A DNA stretch of 64,000 bases, taken from the NCBI GenBank assembly GCA_050953885.1, contig JBMNNJ010000001.1:9137-73136 (forward strand). Reading direction: 5' to 3'. Origin of the DNA: Patescibacteria group bacterium. Lineage in GTDB: Bacteria; Patescibacteriota; Microgenomatia; 0-14-0-10-38-17. The first letter of the stretch is position 1. Every line of letters begins with the position of its first letter. The position numbers and the translations under genes are program-made. The notes under the pieces were generated by a model. The model had not been told where the DNA came from and made no database searches. It saw only the letters and a list, made by a program, of their open reading frames with translations. Shown here piece after piece: positions 47,238 to 56,862 of the stretch.

Positions 47238-48968
47238 ATGAAGGATTTTAAAAAAGTTATCTCTTTTGCCAGACCCTACCGTGGCCAAATTGTTTTGGCG
47301 ATGGTGATGCTGGCGCTGGTGGTGGCGGCTGATTTAGCCCTGCCGCGCCTTATCCAGAAGCTAATCGATGAAGGGGTGGCGGTGGGTAATTTAGCGATGG
47401 TTTGGCGGCAGGCGGCGATTATTGTTGGCCTTTCTTTTTTGGCGGCCTTCTTTTCTTTTTTAAATACTATTTTTTCTGTCCGTTCTTCCTATTTTTTTGG
47501 CCGTGATCTTCGCTTGGCTCTTTTTAAGAAAGTGCAAAAGCTTTCTTTTGCCAATTTTGATAATTGGGATTTATCAAAGATTTTAGTGCGTTTAACGGCC
47601 GATGTGGAAACCCTGCAGCAGGCATTGCGAATGACGATGAGAATTATTCTCCGTTCTCCTTTAATGGTTTTGGGAAGCAGTATGATGCTTTTGGGAACAA
47701 GCCTGGAACTTTCTTTGATTGCTCTTTTCCTCTTGCCTATTTTGGGAGTTTTGATAGGGATTTTTCTTTTTAAAGTTCGGCCCCTTTTTCGGCAAATTCA
47801 AAAGAAGTTGGAAGCCTTAAACCAAGTTTTAGCGGAAAATTTAAATGGGGTGCGGGTGGTTAAAGCTTTCGGAGGCGAAAAACGGGAAATTAACCGGTTT
47901 TTTCTGGCCAATCAAGATTTTGCCGGGCAAAATATTCGGGTAATGCAAATTCTGGCCATTTTAGCCCCGACGCTTTTACTGGTAATTAATTTTGGGGGCG
48001 CGGTGGTGGTTTGGTTTGGGGGTCAAAAAGTGGTTGCCGGCGTTTTCAGCGCCGGGCAGTTAGTGGCTTTTCTTAACTATCTTTTTTTAACGATTTTTCC
48101 CTTGGTGATGTTGGGAATGGTGATTGCCCGTTTGGCGGCGGCGCGTGTTTCTGCCCAACGGGTAGGGGAAATTTTCTCTCTTTCTCCTCAAGTAAAGGAA
48201 AAAAAGAATGCCTTAAATTTTAAAAAAATTAGGGGAGAAATTATTTTTGACAAGGTTGAATTTCGTTACCAAAAAGAAGCACCACCGGTTTTACGGCAAA
48301 TTAATTTAAAAATTAATCCTGGGGAGAGAGTGGCAATTTTAGGCGCCACCGGGGCGGGAAAATCAACCTTAATTTATCTTGTGCCTCGTTTTTATGACCC
48401 TACGGCAGGGAGAGTTTTAATTGATGGCGTTGATCTTCGCCGGGTTTCCCTTTCTTCCCTTCGCTCTCAAATTGGTGTTTGTTTCCAACAGCCTTTGCTT
48501 TTTTCCGGAACAGTGGAGGAAAATATCAAATATGGGCCAAAAGATATCAGCGATGAGGCGATGATTAAGGCGGCCAAAATTGCCCAAATTCACCGCTTTA
48601 TTATGGACCTGCCCCAGGGCTACCAAACGCCGGTTTTACAGGGAGGAGCTAATTTTTCCGGCGGCCAAAAGCAGCGTTTTGCTTTGGCTCGCGCTTTGGC
48701 TTTGCGGCCCAAAATTTTGCTTTTGGATGATGCCACCAGCGCTTTGGACGCCCAGACAGAAGTGAAAGTGCAGGAAAATTTAAAAAAATTAGCGCAAAAA
48801 AAAGAAAGCACTATTTTAATGGTGGCTCAAAGAGTGAGTTCGGTTTTAAGCTTCGACCGGATCGTGATTTTAGACAATGGCACGATTAGCGCGGTAGGAA
48901 ACCATCGAGAGCTTTTAAAAAAGAGCTCTTTGTATCGGGAAATTTATCAATCGCAATTAGGAGAGTAA
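47238..48968 (+). CDS. ABC exporter, TMD-NBD, degenerate-site half
   Basis: GATGAGKS, FSGGQKQR, LLDDATSALD (non-canonical), AQR. Confidence 0.9.
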   Translation: MKDFKKVISFARPYRGQIVLAMVMLALVVAADLALPRLIQKLIDEGVAVGNLAMVWRQAAIIVGLSFLAAFFSFLNTIFSVRSSYFFGRDLRLALFKKVQKLSFANFDNWDLSKILVRLTADVETLQQALRMTMRIILRSPLMVLGSSMMLLGTSLELSLIALFLLPILGVLIGIFLFKVRPLFRQIQKKLEALNQVLAENLNGVRVVKAFGGEKREINRFFLANQDFAGQNIRVMQILAILAPTLLLVINFGGAVVVWFGGQKVVAGVFSAGQLVAFLNYLFLTIFPLVMLGMVIARLAAARVSAQRVGEIFSLSPQVKEKKNALNFKKIRGEIIFDKVEFRYQKEAPPVLRQINLKINPGERVAILGATGAGKSTLIYLVPRFYDPTAGRVLIDGVDLRRVSLSSLRSQIGVCFQQPLLFSGTVEENIKYGPKDISDEAMIKAAKIAQIHRFIMDLPQGYQTPVLQGGANFSGGQKQRFALARALALRPKILLLDDATSALDAQTEVKVQENLKKLAQKKESTILMVAQRVSSVLSFDRIVILDNGTISAVGNHRELLKKSSLYREIYQSQLGE

Positions 48969-48971
48969 AAA

Positions 48972-50732
48972 ATGGCCACTAAAAATAATTCTCGCAAACT
49001 TCATTTAGGCAAAAGGCTTTTGGCTTATTTTAAGCCTTTTTGGCCAAGATTAATTTTGGTCGGTTTACTTCTTCTTTTAGGGATTGGTTTTAATCTTCTG
49101 GAGCCTTATTTTTTAGGTAAGATTATTGACGAAAAACTATTGGTTGGCGATTGGGAAGGGGCCCGGAAAATGATTTTTCTCCTGCTGGGGATTTATGGGG
49201 GCGCTTGGCTGACGCGGCTTCTTCAGGCAAGACTAATGGCCAAGATTTCCCAGGAAGCTTTATTTTCTCTGCGGCAGGATCTTTTTGTTCACCTGCAGGG
49301 GCTTTCGATCCGCTTTTTTGACCAAAGAGCTCATGGAGATTTAATGAGCCGGCTTACTAACGATATTGAGGCGATTAATCGCGCCCTAGGCCAAAACCTG
49401 CTTCAACTGGCAAGCAACTTTTTATCGTTAGTAGGCGTTTTGGTTTTCATCTTTTTTCTTAATCTTCCCTTAGCTTTAACGGTGGCTGTCAGTTTCCCTT
49501 TTGTGGTGGGGGTGACGATTTTAGTGACCAAAAGAACCAGGAAGGGTTTTCAGGCTTTGCAAAAAGAAATCGGCTCTCTTAATGGGGTTTTGGAAGAGCA
49601 AATTGGGGGGGTGCGAACCGTTCAAGCTTTTTCCCAACAAGAGAAAAGCTTGGTTTTATTTTCCCAAAAAAACGAAGCGGTTTGCCAGCGGGGTATTTAT
49701 GCTTCTACCTTTGCCTTTCTCCTTCCCCCTTTAATTAATATTTTTGCCAATGCCGATATTGGTTTGGTAGCGGGCGTGGGGGGATTTTTGGCCTTGCAGG
49801 GAAAGGTGGGCATTGGTTTGGTGGTGGCATTTATTAACTATTCCCGCCAGGTTTCCCAGCCGGTGCGTGAGCTGGCGGATATTTATAATTCTTTTCAGGA
49901 GGCCATATCTGGGGCGGGGCGGGTTTTTGAAATTATTGACTACCAACCGGAAATCAAAGATGCTCCTAATGCCCAAGATGTCAAGCTTCGGGGGAGAGTT
50001 ATTTTTGATAAGGTAAGTTTCTCTTACGATGAGGAAAAACCAGTTTTAAAAGAGATCAGTTTTACGGTTGAGCTGGGGCAGACATTGGCCTTGGTTGGTC
50101 CAACCGGGGCGGGAAAAACCACCATTGCCAATCTTCTTTTCCGTTTTTACGAGCCCGGGCGGGGAAAAATTTTTCTCGACGAGTGGGAAATAAGGGAGAT
50201 TAAAATTACTTCTCTTAGGCGACAATTGGGCTTGGTGCTCCAGGATCCCTTTCTTTTTTCGACGACTATTTTGGAAAATATTCGTTATGGCCGGCCAGAG
50301 GCAAGCCAAGAAGAAGTGATCGCGGCGGCCAAAATTGCCGGCGCTCATCAATTTATTAAGCGCCTGCCAAAGGGGTATCAAACAGAACTTTCTTGGGGGG
50401 GAACGGATTTAAGCCAAGGTCAGCGTCAGCTTTTAACCATTGCCCGGGCGGTTTTAGTAAATCCGGTGATTTTGCTTTTGGATGAGGCCACCAGCAGCGT
50501 CGACACTCGTACCGAAATAGAAATTCAGAAAGCTTTAGATCGGTTGCGCCAAAACCGAACCAGCATCGTTATTGCTCACCGGCTTTCAACAATTAGAAAC
50601 GCTGACCAGATTTTGTTTATTAAAAATGGCCGGATAAAGGAGCGGGGCACTCATCGGGAGCTTTTGGCCAAAAAAGGCTTTTACGCTCGTTTTTACCAAG
50701 CGCAGTTTGGAGGGCTAAAGTCTAGAGAATAA
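48972..50732 (+). CDS. ABC exporter, TMD-NBD, partner half (heterodimer)
   Basis: GPTGAGKT, LSQGQRQL, LLDEATS, IAHRLST. Confidence 0.9.
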   Translation: MATKNNSRKLHLGKRLLAYFKPFWPRLILVGLLLLLGIGFNLLEPYFLGKIIDEKLLVGDWEGARKMIFLLLGIYGGAWLTRLLQARLMAKISQEALFSLRQDLFVHLQGLSIRFFDQRAHGDLMSRLTNDIEAINRALGQNLLQLASNFLSLVGVLVFIFFLNLPLALTVAVSFPFVVGVTILVTKRTRKGFQALQKEIGSLNGVLEEQIGGVRTVQAFSQQEKSLVLFSQKNEAVCQRGIYASTFAFLLPPLINIFANADIGLVAGVGGFLALQGKVGIGLVVAFINYSRQVSQPVRELADIYNSFQEAISGAGRVFEIIDYQPEIKDAPNAQDVKLRGRVIFDKVSFSYDEEKPVLKEISFTVELGQTLALVGPTGAGKTTIANLLFRFYEPGRGKIFLDEWEIREIKITSLRRQLGLVLQDPFLFSTTILENIRYGRPEASQEEVIAAAKIAGAHQFIKRLPKGYQTELSWGGTDLSQGQRQLLTIARAVLVNPVILLLDEATSSVDTRTEIEIQKALDRLRQNRTSIVIAHRLSTIRNADQILFIKNGRIKERGTHRELLAKKGFYARFYQAQFGGLKSRE

Positions 50733-50751
50733 AAAATTTTCAAAAGCAGAA

Positions 50752-50910
50752 CGGAGTAGCGCAGTTTACTGCGCGCTGATCTTGGCGCGAACTAAAGTTC
50801 GCTACTCCATTTTGTTGTGAATTAGCGCAATTTATTGCGCGCCAATTCCCGCGCGAACTAAAGTTCGCTACTCCAAAAAAAAGAATGGAATAGCGCGCTT
50901 CAGCGCGCGC
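50752..50910. repeat. cluster of GTAG-type REP hairpins
   Basis: GTAGCGCAGTTTACTGCGC, and GCGAACTAAAGTTCGCTACTCC twice. Confidence 0.7.
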
Positions 50911-50989
50911 TTATTTTTGGCGCATCCCATCTGTTTGCCCTTTGGCGAAAAGTTTGCTATCCGGTTTATGTCCCAGCGATATAATATTT

Positions 50990-51019
50990 TTGCATCAGTA
51001 GACTATATTACGAATACAA
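50990..51019 (+). repeat. dif-like site, copy 1
   Basis: TTGCATCAGTAG-ACTATA-TTACGAATACAA; homology with copy 2 continues to about 51062. Confidence 0.65.
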
Positions 51020-51248
51020 GGGTAAAAAGTAAAGGAGAAAATTATCAAAATTAAAACCAATCAAGGATAAAAAAGCGTTTTTAGAGCCTCTGCGAAACAA
51101 ATCTTAAAACTGGCGGCTTCATTCGCCTTAATAACAGCCCTGTCGTTTTTTTAGTTTTAAAATTTTTTAAAAAAGTGAAACTATTGTACTATACAACAAG
51201 TGTATAATTGTATTTTAATTAAAATACCTACCATTAAGCACTATCGCT

Positions 51249-51758
51249 ATGAATACTCCCGAAAAAATTGGTATAACTAGAAAAAACTTGATGACACGTG
51301 AGACTGAGAAAAGACTAAAAATAGCCTTAGCCGAAGTTGAAGAAAAAGCAAAAATGGCATTAAAAGCTGTTGGTGAAAGTGCGGGACCAAGTAGTGATTG
51401 GCACGATAATTTCCCTTTCGAACAGGCTAATCGTGATTTCGAACTTTATTCTTCAGAAGTAACAATGATTAAAAAGCAATTAGAAAATCGAGAAATTATA
51501 AAACCAAGGGGAGAAATAGCGGAGGTAGGTGTAGGTAATGAGGTTGTTATTATCCTTAATAATGAAGAAAAGCCTGAAGTTTTTACGTTGCTAGGTAGTG
51601 CAGACTCATTTACGAAAACTGGCTGGCTTTCATGTGAATCGCCACTAGGGTCAAGCCTTATAGGCAAAAAAGTTGGGGAAATGATAATATTTTCCGTAGG
51701 GGAAAAGGTCATAAAAGGAAAGATTCTTGAAATTCGTCCCGGGAAATTTGATTTTTAG
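51249..51758 (+). CDS. GreA/GreB family transcription factor
   Basis: MT......L, coiled-coil tip SDWHDN..FE, C-terminal VGVG..V, S.ESPLG.SLIGKKVG. Confidence 0.85.
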   Translation: MNTPEKIGITRKNLMTRETEKRLKIALAEVEEKAKMALKAVGESAGPSSDWHDNFPFEQANRDFELYSSEVTMIKKQLENREIIKPRGEIAEVGVGNEVVIILNNEEKPEVFTLLGSADSFTKTGWLSCESPLGSSLIGKKVGEMIIFSVGEKVIKGKILEIRPGKFDF

Positions 51759-51804
51759 AAAAAATATGATAATATTGTAGAAAATAACAAAAGTAATGAT
51801 TTCT

Positions 51805-52329
51805 ATGTCTAACGCCCCTGTTTTCGAGTTTGAAAGAAAATTTATCGTTAAGAAAATAAGCTCGCTTCCTTTTGATCTAGCTAAGGCGCAAAAGGCCGAT
51901 ATTAAACAAGGTTTTTATTCAGGTTTGCCTTCTCCTTTGCGAATTAGAGCGATAAATGACGAATATACCCTGACGAAAAAATTTGTGTTAGGAGAAAATA
52001 AGGGCCAATTAGAAGAAGTAACTCTTCCTCTTAAAAAATCAGAATTTAAGGTTCTTTTCCCTCGCGCTTATAAGAAAATTTTCAAAACCCGTTATTCTTT
52101 TTGTTGGCATGGTTATAAGGTCGATCTTGATGTGTTTAGGGGGAAGCTTAAGGGCTTAATTATTGCCGAATTTGAATTTGCCAGCAAAGAGGAGATGGAA
52201 CAATTTCTTCCTCCCTCATTTTTAGGGGCGGAAATAACCCAACAAGAATGGGCCACTAATTCTCGTCTTGCCCTTTTAACTTTTAGCCGGCTCCAAAAAA
52301 TTCTTGTCCGTTATGAAAAAACTATCTGA
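51805..52329 (+). CDS. CYTH-domain triphosphate tunnel enzyme
   Basis: EFERKF (ExExK), I.QG, LRIR, K.RY, DLDVF...L.GL..AEFEF. Confidence 0.85.
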   Translation: MSNAPVFEFERKFIVKKISSLPFDLAKAQKADIKQGFYSGLPSPLRIRAINDEYTLTKKFVLGENKGQLEEVTLPLKKSEFKVLFPRAYKKIFKTRYSFCWHGYKVDLDVFRGKLKGLIIAEFEFASKEEMEQFLPPSFLGAEITQQEWATNSRLALLTFSRLQKILVRYEKTI

Positions 52330-53569
52330 AGATAAGATAATTGATTTAAAGTTGGATTTACTAATGCAAGGGGTTGATTGTGATTTTAATAATTTGAAAA
52401 CAAAAAGGGATATTGATTCTTATCGTGTAAATAAAATTAGAGTGTCTGATAGACACTTTATTAACCCTAAAAGTAAAAAAAGAAAATATATTCCGGATGA
52501 AATTCTTATTGGGAACCATAATTTTTACCAAACAATTGCTAAAGTTTACTATAATCGAAACTCTAATTTTATTCTCACTTATCAAAAAACGGTCGATAAG
52601 TTTTTAATAAAAGATAAGAAAAAGAATTGCTATTTAGAGACAGAGGTAAACTTTATTCCTTTAAAAAGCTTTTCGAAGAGAATTTTTACCACCAAAGAAG
52701 GTAAAAAAATACCGGAGAATGAAATTGTCACGCCAATTTCGATTGATAGATTGACAATAAATCCCTTTGATGGGTGTTCTATGTGGTTAAATGGAAATGA
52801 GTGTAGTTTTTGTGGGGCTAGTCCGAAGAGAGTGATTGGGCCGCAGCAAATAAAGCCATCAATAACAACTATTTCCCAATACCAAAGCATTGGGGCATGG
52901 TGGAATAGCCAAAAGGAAACAGTCTTGGAGGTTATTTGTGATTCATTCCAACATATTAAAATATCGGACTTTAAACCGCATTTACACTTTGTAATCACAA
53001 CGGGTTTTCTATATGGTTTTGAATGGGACATAGTTATAGAAATTTTGAGCGTGATTAAAGAGTATTTTAAGGTAGGCGAAACTGATTCACATTTGTCTTT
53101 AATGCCGCCAAAGAATATTGACAAGCTTGAAACAGTAAAAAAACTTGGCATAAAAAACGTTGCTTTTAATCTTGAATGTTTTGATCAAAAAGTTTTTGAG
53201 GCTATTTGTAAAGGGAAAAACTTTTTTATTGGTTATAATAATTTTAGGGAAAAGCTAAGGGAGGCTGTAAAAATATTTGGACGTGGTCACGTAAGGACAA
53301 ATTTTGTTTTAGGATTAGAAGACTTAAAAAACCTTATAAAAGGTTGTGAAATTTTAGCTGAAGAAGGTATAGTTTCTGATTATACTATCTTCTTTCCCAG
53401 ACCAGCCTCTGGTATACAAAAAAAGACTAAGGATATATTGACTAAAGCGGAAGTTATCGATTTTACCAAAAATTTGGTAAAAATTTATCAACTCTATGAC
53501 TATAGACCTTTTACGTGTAATTTAAGTTCAAGGACTAGTATTGCCAACGATATTTATAATTTGCTTTGA
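52313..53569 (+). CDS. radical SAM protein (CX8CX2C)
   Basis: GCSMWLNGNECSFCG, FNLECFD..F..IC.GK, FG.G.V.TNFVLGLE, FPRP. Confidence 0.85.
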   Translation: MKKLSEDKIIDLKLDLLMQGVDCDFNNLKTKRDIDSYRVNKIRVSDRHFINPKSKKRKYIPDEILIGNHNFYQTIAKVYYNRNSNFILTYQKTVDKFLIKDKKKNCYLETEVNFIPLKSFSKRIFTTKEGKKIPENEIVTPISIDRLTINPFDGCSMWLNGNECSFCGASPKRVIGPQQIKPSITTISQYQSIGAWWNSQKETVLEVICDSFQHIKISDFKPHLHFVITTGFLYGFEWDIVIEILSVIKEYFKVGETDSHLSLMPPKNIDKLETVKKLGIKNVAFNLECFDQKVFEAICKGKNFFIGYNNFREKLREAVKIFGRGHVRTNFVLGLEDLKNLIKGCEILAEEGIVSDYTIFFPRPASGIQKKTKDILTKAEVIDFTKNLVKIYQLYDYRPFTCNLSSRTSIANDIYNLL

Positions 53570-53585
53570 GAAAAATATTTTGCCT

Positions 53586-54630
53586 ATGGATCCCGATTAT
53601 TTAAGGTACGAATCGTTTGAAAACCTATATGTCGAGACGCCACTTAAATGGGGTTTATTGTGTTTCAATCAAGCTCACCAGAAGCGAGAAGTTTTAAAAC
53701 TAACGACAGATATTGATGAAATACTATCATTGTTAAAAAAAAGGCTGGGAAAAGCATGCTGGTAGGAATCAATATATTTTACGTTCTCCTGAGAAAGTGC
53801 TTTGTGACCTTTCAGAGAGAGAAATTAACCCTACAGATAATTTAGATCTGTTGGTAGATTACTATACTTTTTTAAAAAATATAAATCTGGCGTCTTTAAT
53901 AAGAGAAATAAAAAGAGAAAATAAACACATTAAAGACCTAGAAATTATTCCCCTAACAAATCATATTTTTACAAGCGAGGTTAGAGTAGCAGCATCAGAT
54001 CAAAGAATAGACGTTGTGCCGGGTTTGATTTTTGAGTATTATCTGAAAACAAAGGGAATCAAAAATGTTGTTACTAATAAAAAATTGCCTAATAAATTAA
54101 GTGCGATGGATATTTTTGTAAAAAATTTTTATCAAGAAATCAGAAGATATTATCGTAAAATAGGTTATGAGTTGGTCCAAAATCCTGAAATTCCAGAAAT
54201 GGATTTTTGGGATAAATTTAGAGGAGAATATGATATTTATGTTTTTATCCCCAAATCGGCGATTAGATATTGCCTTAGTTTCTTAAATCGGGTTGGAATA
54301 GAATACCTTAATAAGGTTTGCCTTTGGGAATATCATACGGGTAACGATACAAATAAAGAGCTAGTTATATTTAAAAAAAATATATGCGGCAAAAGAGTCT
54401 TGGTGGTTGATCGCTCCTTTTCTAGCTACACGTTAACACATTTATCTCAAAAAATTAAAGAGAATGGCGCAGAAATAGTGGATAGACTCGCTATATTTCC
54501 AAAATCGCAAGCAGCGATCTTAAATAGTGAATATTGCTTTTTTTGGCATTCATTACTTAAGAGCCAGAAAGTTGATTTGAGTGGAGAATGGGCTCTCAGG
54601 CTTTTTAAGAAGGTGAATCATTCAATTTAA
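53586..54630 (+). CDS. phosphoribosyltransferase-like protein split by one extra A in an A8 run
   Basis: ORFs 53586-53765 and 53797-54630 join in frame at 53735-53742; KRVLVVDRSFSSYTL resembles the PRPP-binding loop. Confidence 0.55.
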
Positions 54631-54635
54631 CGCCG

Positions 54636-55304
54636 TTAGTTTTCAAACAGAAGTTTTAAATAATTATTCATAATATTTATTTCTCTTTTTACCGATTCTA
54701 TACTGTCACTTCCATGAACTATACCGTTGTAATTATTTAGAGCAAATTGACCGCGGATAGTATTAGGATTTCTTCTTTCTTCAACATTCCAGTCCCCCAT
54801 TTGTGTTCTCCAAAAAGAAACAGCGTCGCCTTTGTTAGACCAGAGCAATAAAACAGTAGTTGGGCCCGACATCATTAAATTAGCAAATTCTTCCCAACGA
54901 TTTTGAAATTTATTTTTATAAACGTATGGTAATAGTTCTTGCTGTTTTCTCTTAGGCTCTCCATCATAAAATTCGTTTATTGTTTTTTCATCAAAAATAA
55001 GAGATAATTCAAAAATTATTTCGAGCGGAGGTTGTATAGCTTTTTTAATAGCATGGGCCAATTCGACATCACTTAGACCGGGTAAGTTAAGTTCCGCAGG
55101 TTTTATCATCGCTAACGTAATAAAGCCTTGTTCTATAGCTTCTGCAAAGGAGGGACTTTCTATCACTTGGATGATATTTTTTAATTTTAGTTTTTCTGTC
55201 TCTTCTAGAGAAAGTTCTTTATATTTATTAACAATTAGGTTTTCTCTTTGTAAAACAGGAGGAGTTTCTGCCTGTTTTAATGTATAAATTAAATTTTCGT
55301 GCAT
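54636..55304 (-). CDS. nucleoside-diphosphate kinase family protein
   Basis: TLAMIKP, MSGP, TIRG.F, N..VHGSDS.ES..REI; AAGGAGG RBS. Confidence 0.85.
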   Translation of the reverse strand: MHENLIYTLKQAETPPVLQRENLIVNKYKELSLEETEKLKLKNIIQVIESPSFAEAIEQGFITLAMIKPAELNLPGLSDVELAHAIKKAIQPPLEIIFELSLIFDEKTINEFYDGEPKRKQQELLPYVYKNKFQNRWEEFANLMMSGPTTVLLLWSNKGDAVSFWRTQMGDWNVEERRNPNTIRGQFALNNYNGIVHGSDSIESVKREINIMNNYLKLLFEN

Positions 55305-55751
55305 TTTTAATTCCTCCTTTTTCTAACTTTACAAGAGATAATTTTTTAGAGTTTAAGTTGTCTTGCTAAGTTTTTATTTTTTAAAGTATTAAGGGACCCT
55401 ACATAGACTACTCGAAACTTATAGCCCTTAGATTCACGGTCATTTCCGATAAACTTTCTAATCTTCTTTTTTATTTTACCACGACTATTAAAATGTTTGT
55501 GCTGACAAGGGTCATTGGTAATACCTGAAGGAATACCAACAACCATACCCGATAGGTGTTTGGTAGTCAAAAGCTTGGTGGGATTTCTTAGTGCTTGTAG
55601 AGTGCCTGGTATCCATCCTGTTAGGTTAAGATAACTTAATATTCGAAAACATTTGAAAGCCTAATAAAGGAGGAAAAATAACCCGGGGGTTGTTTTAAGC
55701 AGCAGCAATTTTTTCTTAGTAGGCGCTGACTTTATTTATATTTTAAACCTT

Positions 55752-55781
55752 TTGTATCAGTAGACTATATTACGAATGCAA
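55752..55781 (+). repeat. dif-like site, copy 2
   Basis: TTGTATCAGTAG-ACTATA-TTACGAATGCAA; 28/30 identical to copy 1. Confidence 0.65.
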
Positions 55782-55842
55782 GAACAAAAGTAAAAGAGAA
55801 ATTATCGTATTAAAATCAATTCCGGCTGTTTGGGAGCATAAA

Positions 55843-56862
55843 CTAGAGCCGACGGACTTTTTTTCTGATGGTTTCCAAAATATAGACAGGAAAATATTTT
55901 AAGGGATCGATAATAAGGTCGTGGGCGGGAACATATTTTACCTCTTCTCCCCCAAATCCTCTTTTAAAAACAGAAACGCCGTAGAAGCGGTGTTTGGTTT
56001 GATTTTTGTCAACAATCCCCCAAAAATTGAATCGGGGGATTTCTAACTTTTGGGCGTCATTAATTGCTTGCCAAAGGATAGCCGGGGCGGCTGGTAAGCG
56101 CCTCCCCGCCTCGGTACTGGCGCCAAAATGGTAGCTTGATTCGGTGGGGTAATGAATAATCAGGGCATAAGCGAGCGGCTTTCCTTCTAAGACTGCTTTG
56201 TAAAGAAGCGCCTGATGGTGCTTAGCAAAGGAGGAAAATTCGGCGCGAATTAAAGGAAGAGAAAAAGGGACAAATTTCTGCCTTTTGGCAGTTTGGACCT
56301 GAACGTGGTAGAACTCATCAACAGATTTAATATCGGTGGTAGAAACGATCTTAATCCCTAATTTTTTTGCCTTTTTAATTTCGTATCGGGTGGTTTTGCG
56401 CATTTGCGCCAGTATCGCTTCCGGGTTTTGTTTGAGATTAAGCTGGAGGGTATGCTCTGCGGTCAGGTGCATGGGCGAAGGTCTTAATTGGTTTTCTTTA
56501 AGTATTTGGCGGATTTCTTCGCTGTCTTTAATTTGGGGGCGAATCCTGACAAAAGCGCACTTCTCTTTCTTGACAATTTCAAAAATTTGCGCAAAGAAGA
56601 ATTTTATTAGGTTTTTCTCTTTCCAATTGACAAGCGGGCCGCCGGCAATGGTTAAATACCGGCCTCTTTTGGCGTTTTCCACCACCCCTAAGGAAACGCC
56701 GATGATTTTCTTTCTTTCAAAAATTCCCCAATAATAAACTTTTTTACCTAAACTTTCGTGCGTTTGGCCATAAGAAAAAGACTGCAAAAAATTGCTTTCG
56801 GGGCAAGAAGTAACAAACTCTTCCCATTTTTGGCGATCGTTAACTTCTTTTATGCTGGCCAT
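55843..56862 (-). CDS. FemABX family peptidoglycan bridge aminoacyltransferase
   Basis: FLQS, GGP, MRK.TRY.I.KA, Y.FGAS, FNFWG, GV..FK.GFGG. Confidence 0.85.
   Translation of the reverse strand: MASIKEVNDRQKWEEFVTSCPESNFLQSFSYGQTHESLGKKVYYWGIFERKKIIGVSLGVVENAKRGRYLTIAGGPLVNWKEKNLIKFFFAQIFEIVKKEKCAFVRIRPQIKDSEEIRQILKENQLRPSPMHLTAEHTLQLNLKQNPEAILAQMRKTTRYEIKKAKKLGIKIVSTTDIKSVDEFYHVQVQTAKRQKFVPFSLPLIRAEFSSFAKHHQALLYKAVLEGKPLAYALIIHYPTESSYHFGASTEAGRRLPAAPAILWQAINDAQKLEIPRFNFWGIVDKNQTKHRFYGVSVFKRGFGGEEVKYVPAHDLIIDPLKYFPVYILETIRKKVRRL

Noticed and set aside
52313-53569. Prokaryotic viperin
   Set aside because: CX8CX2C motif and overall sequence do not fit the viperin/MoaA-like pattern; used only as an analogy
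55346-55570. 74-aa ORF upstream of NDK
   Set aside because: TTG start, no RBS or motif; cannot be supported, possibly decayed sequence
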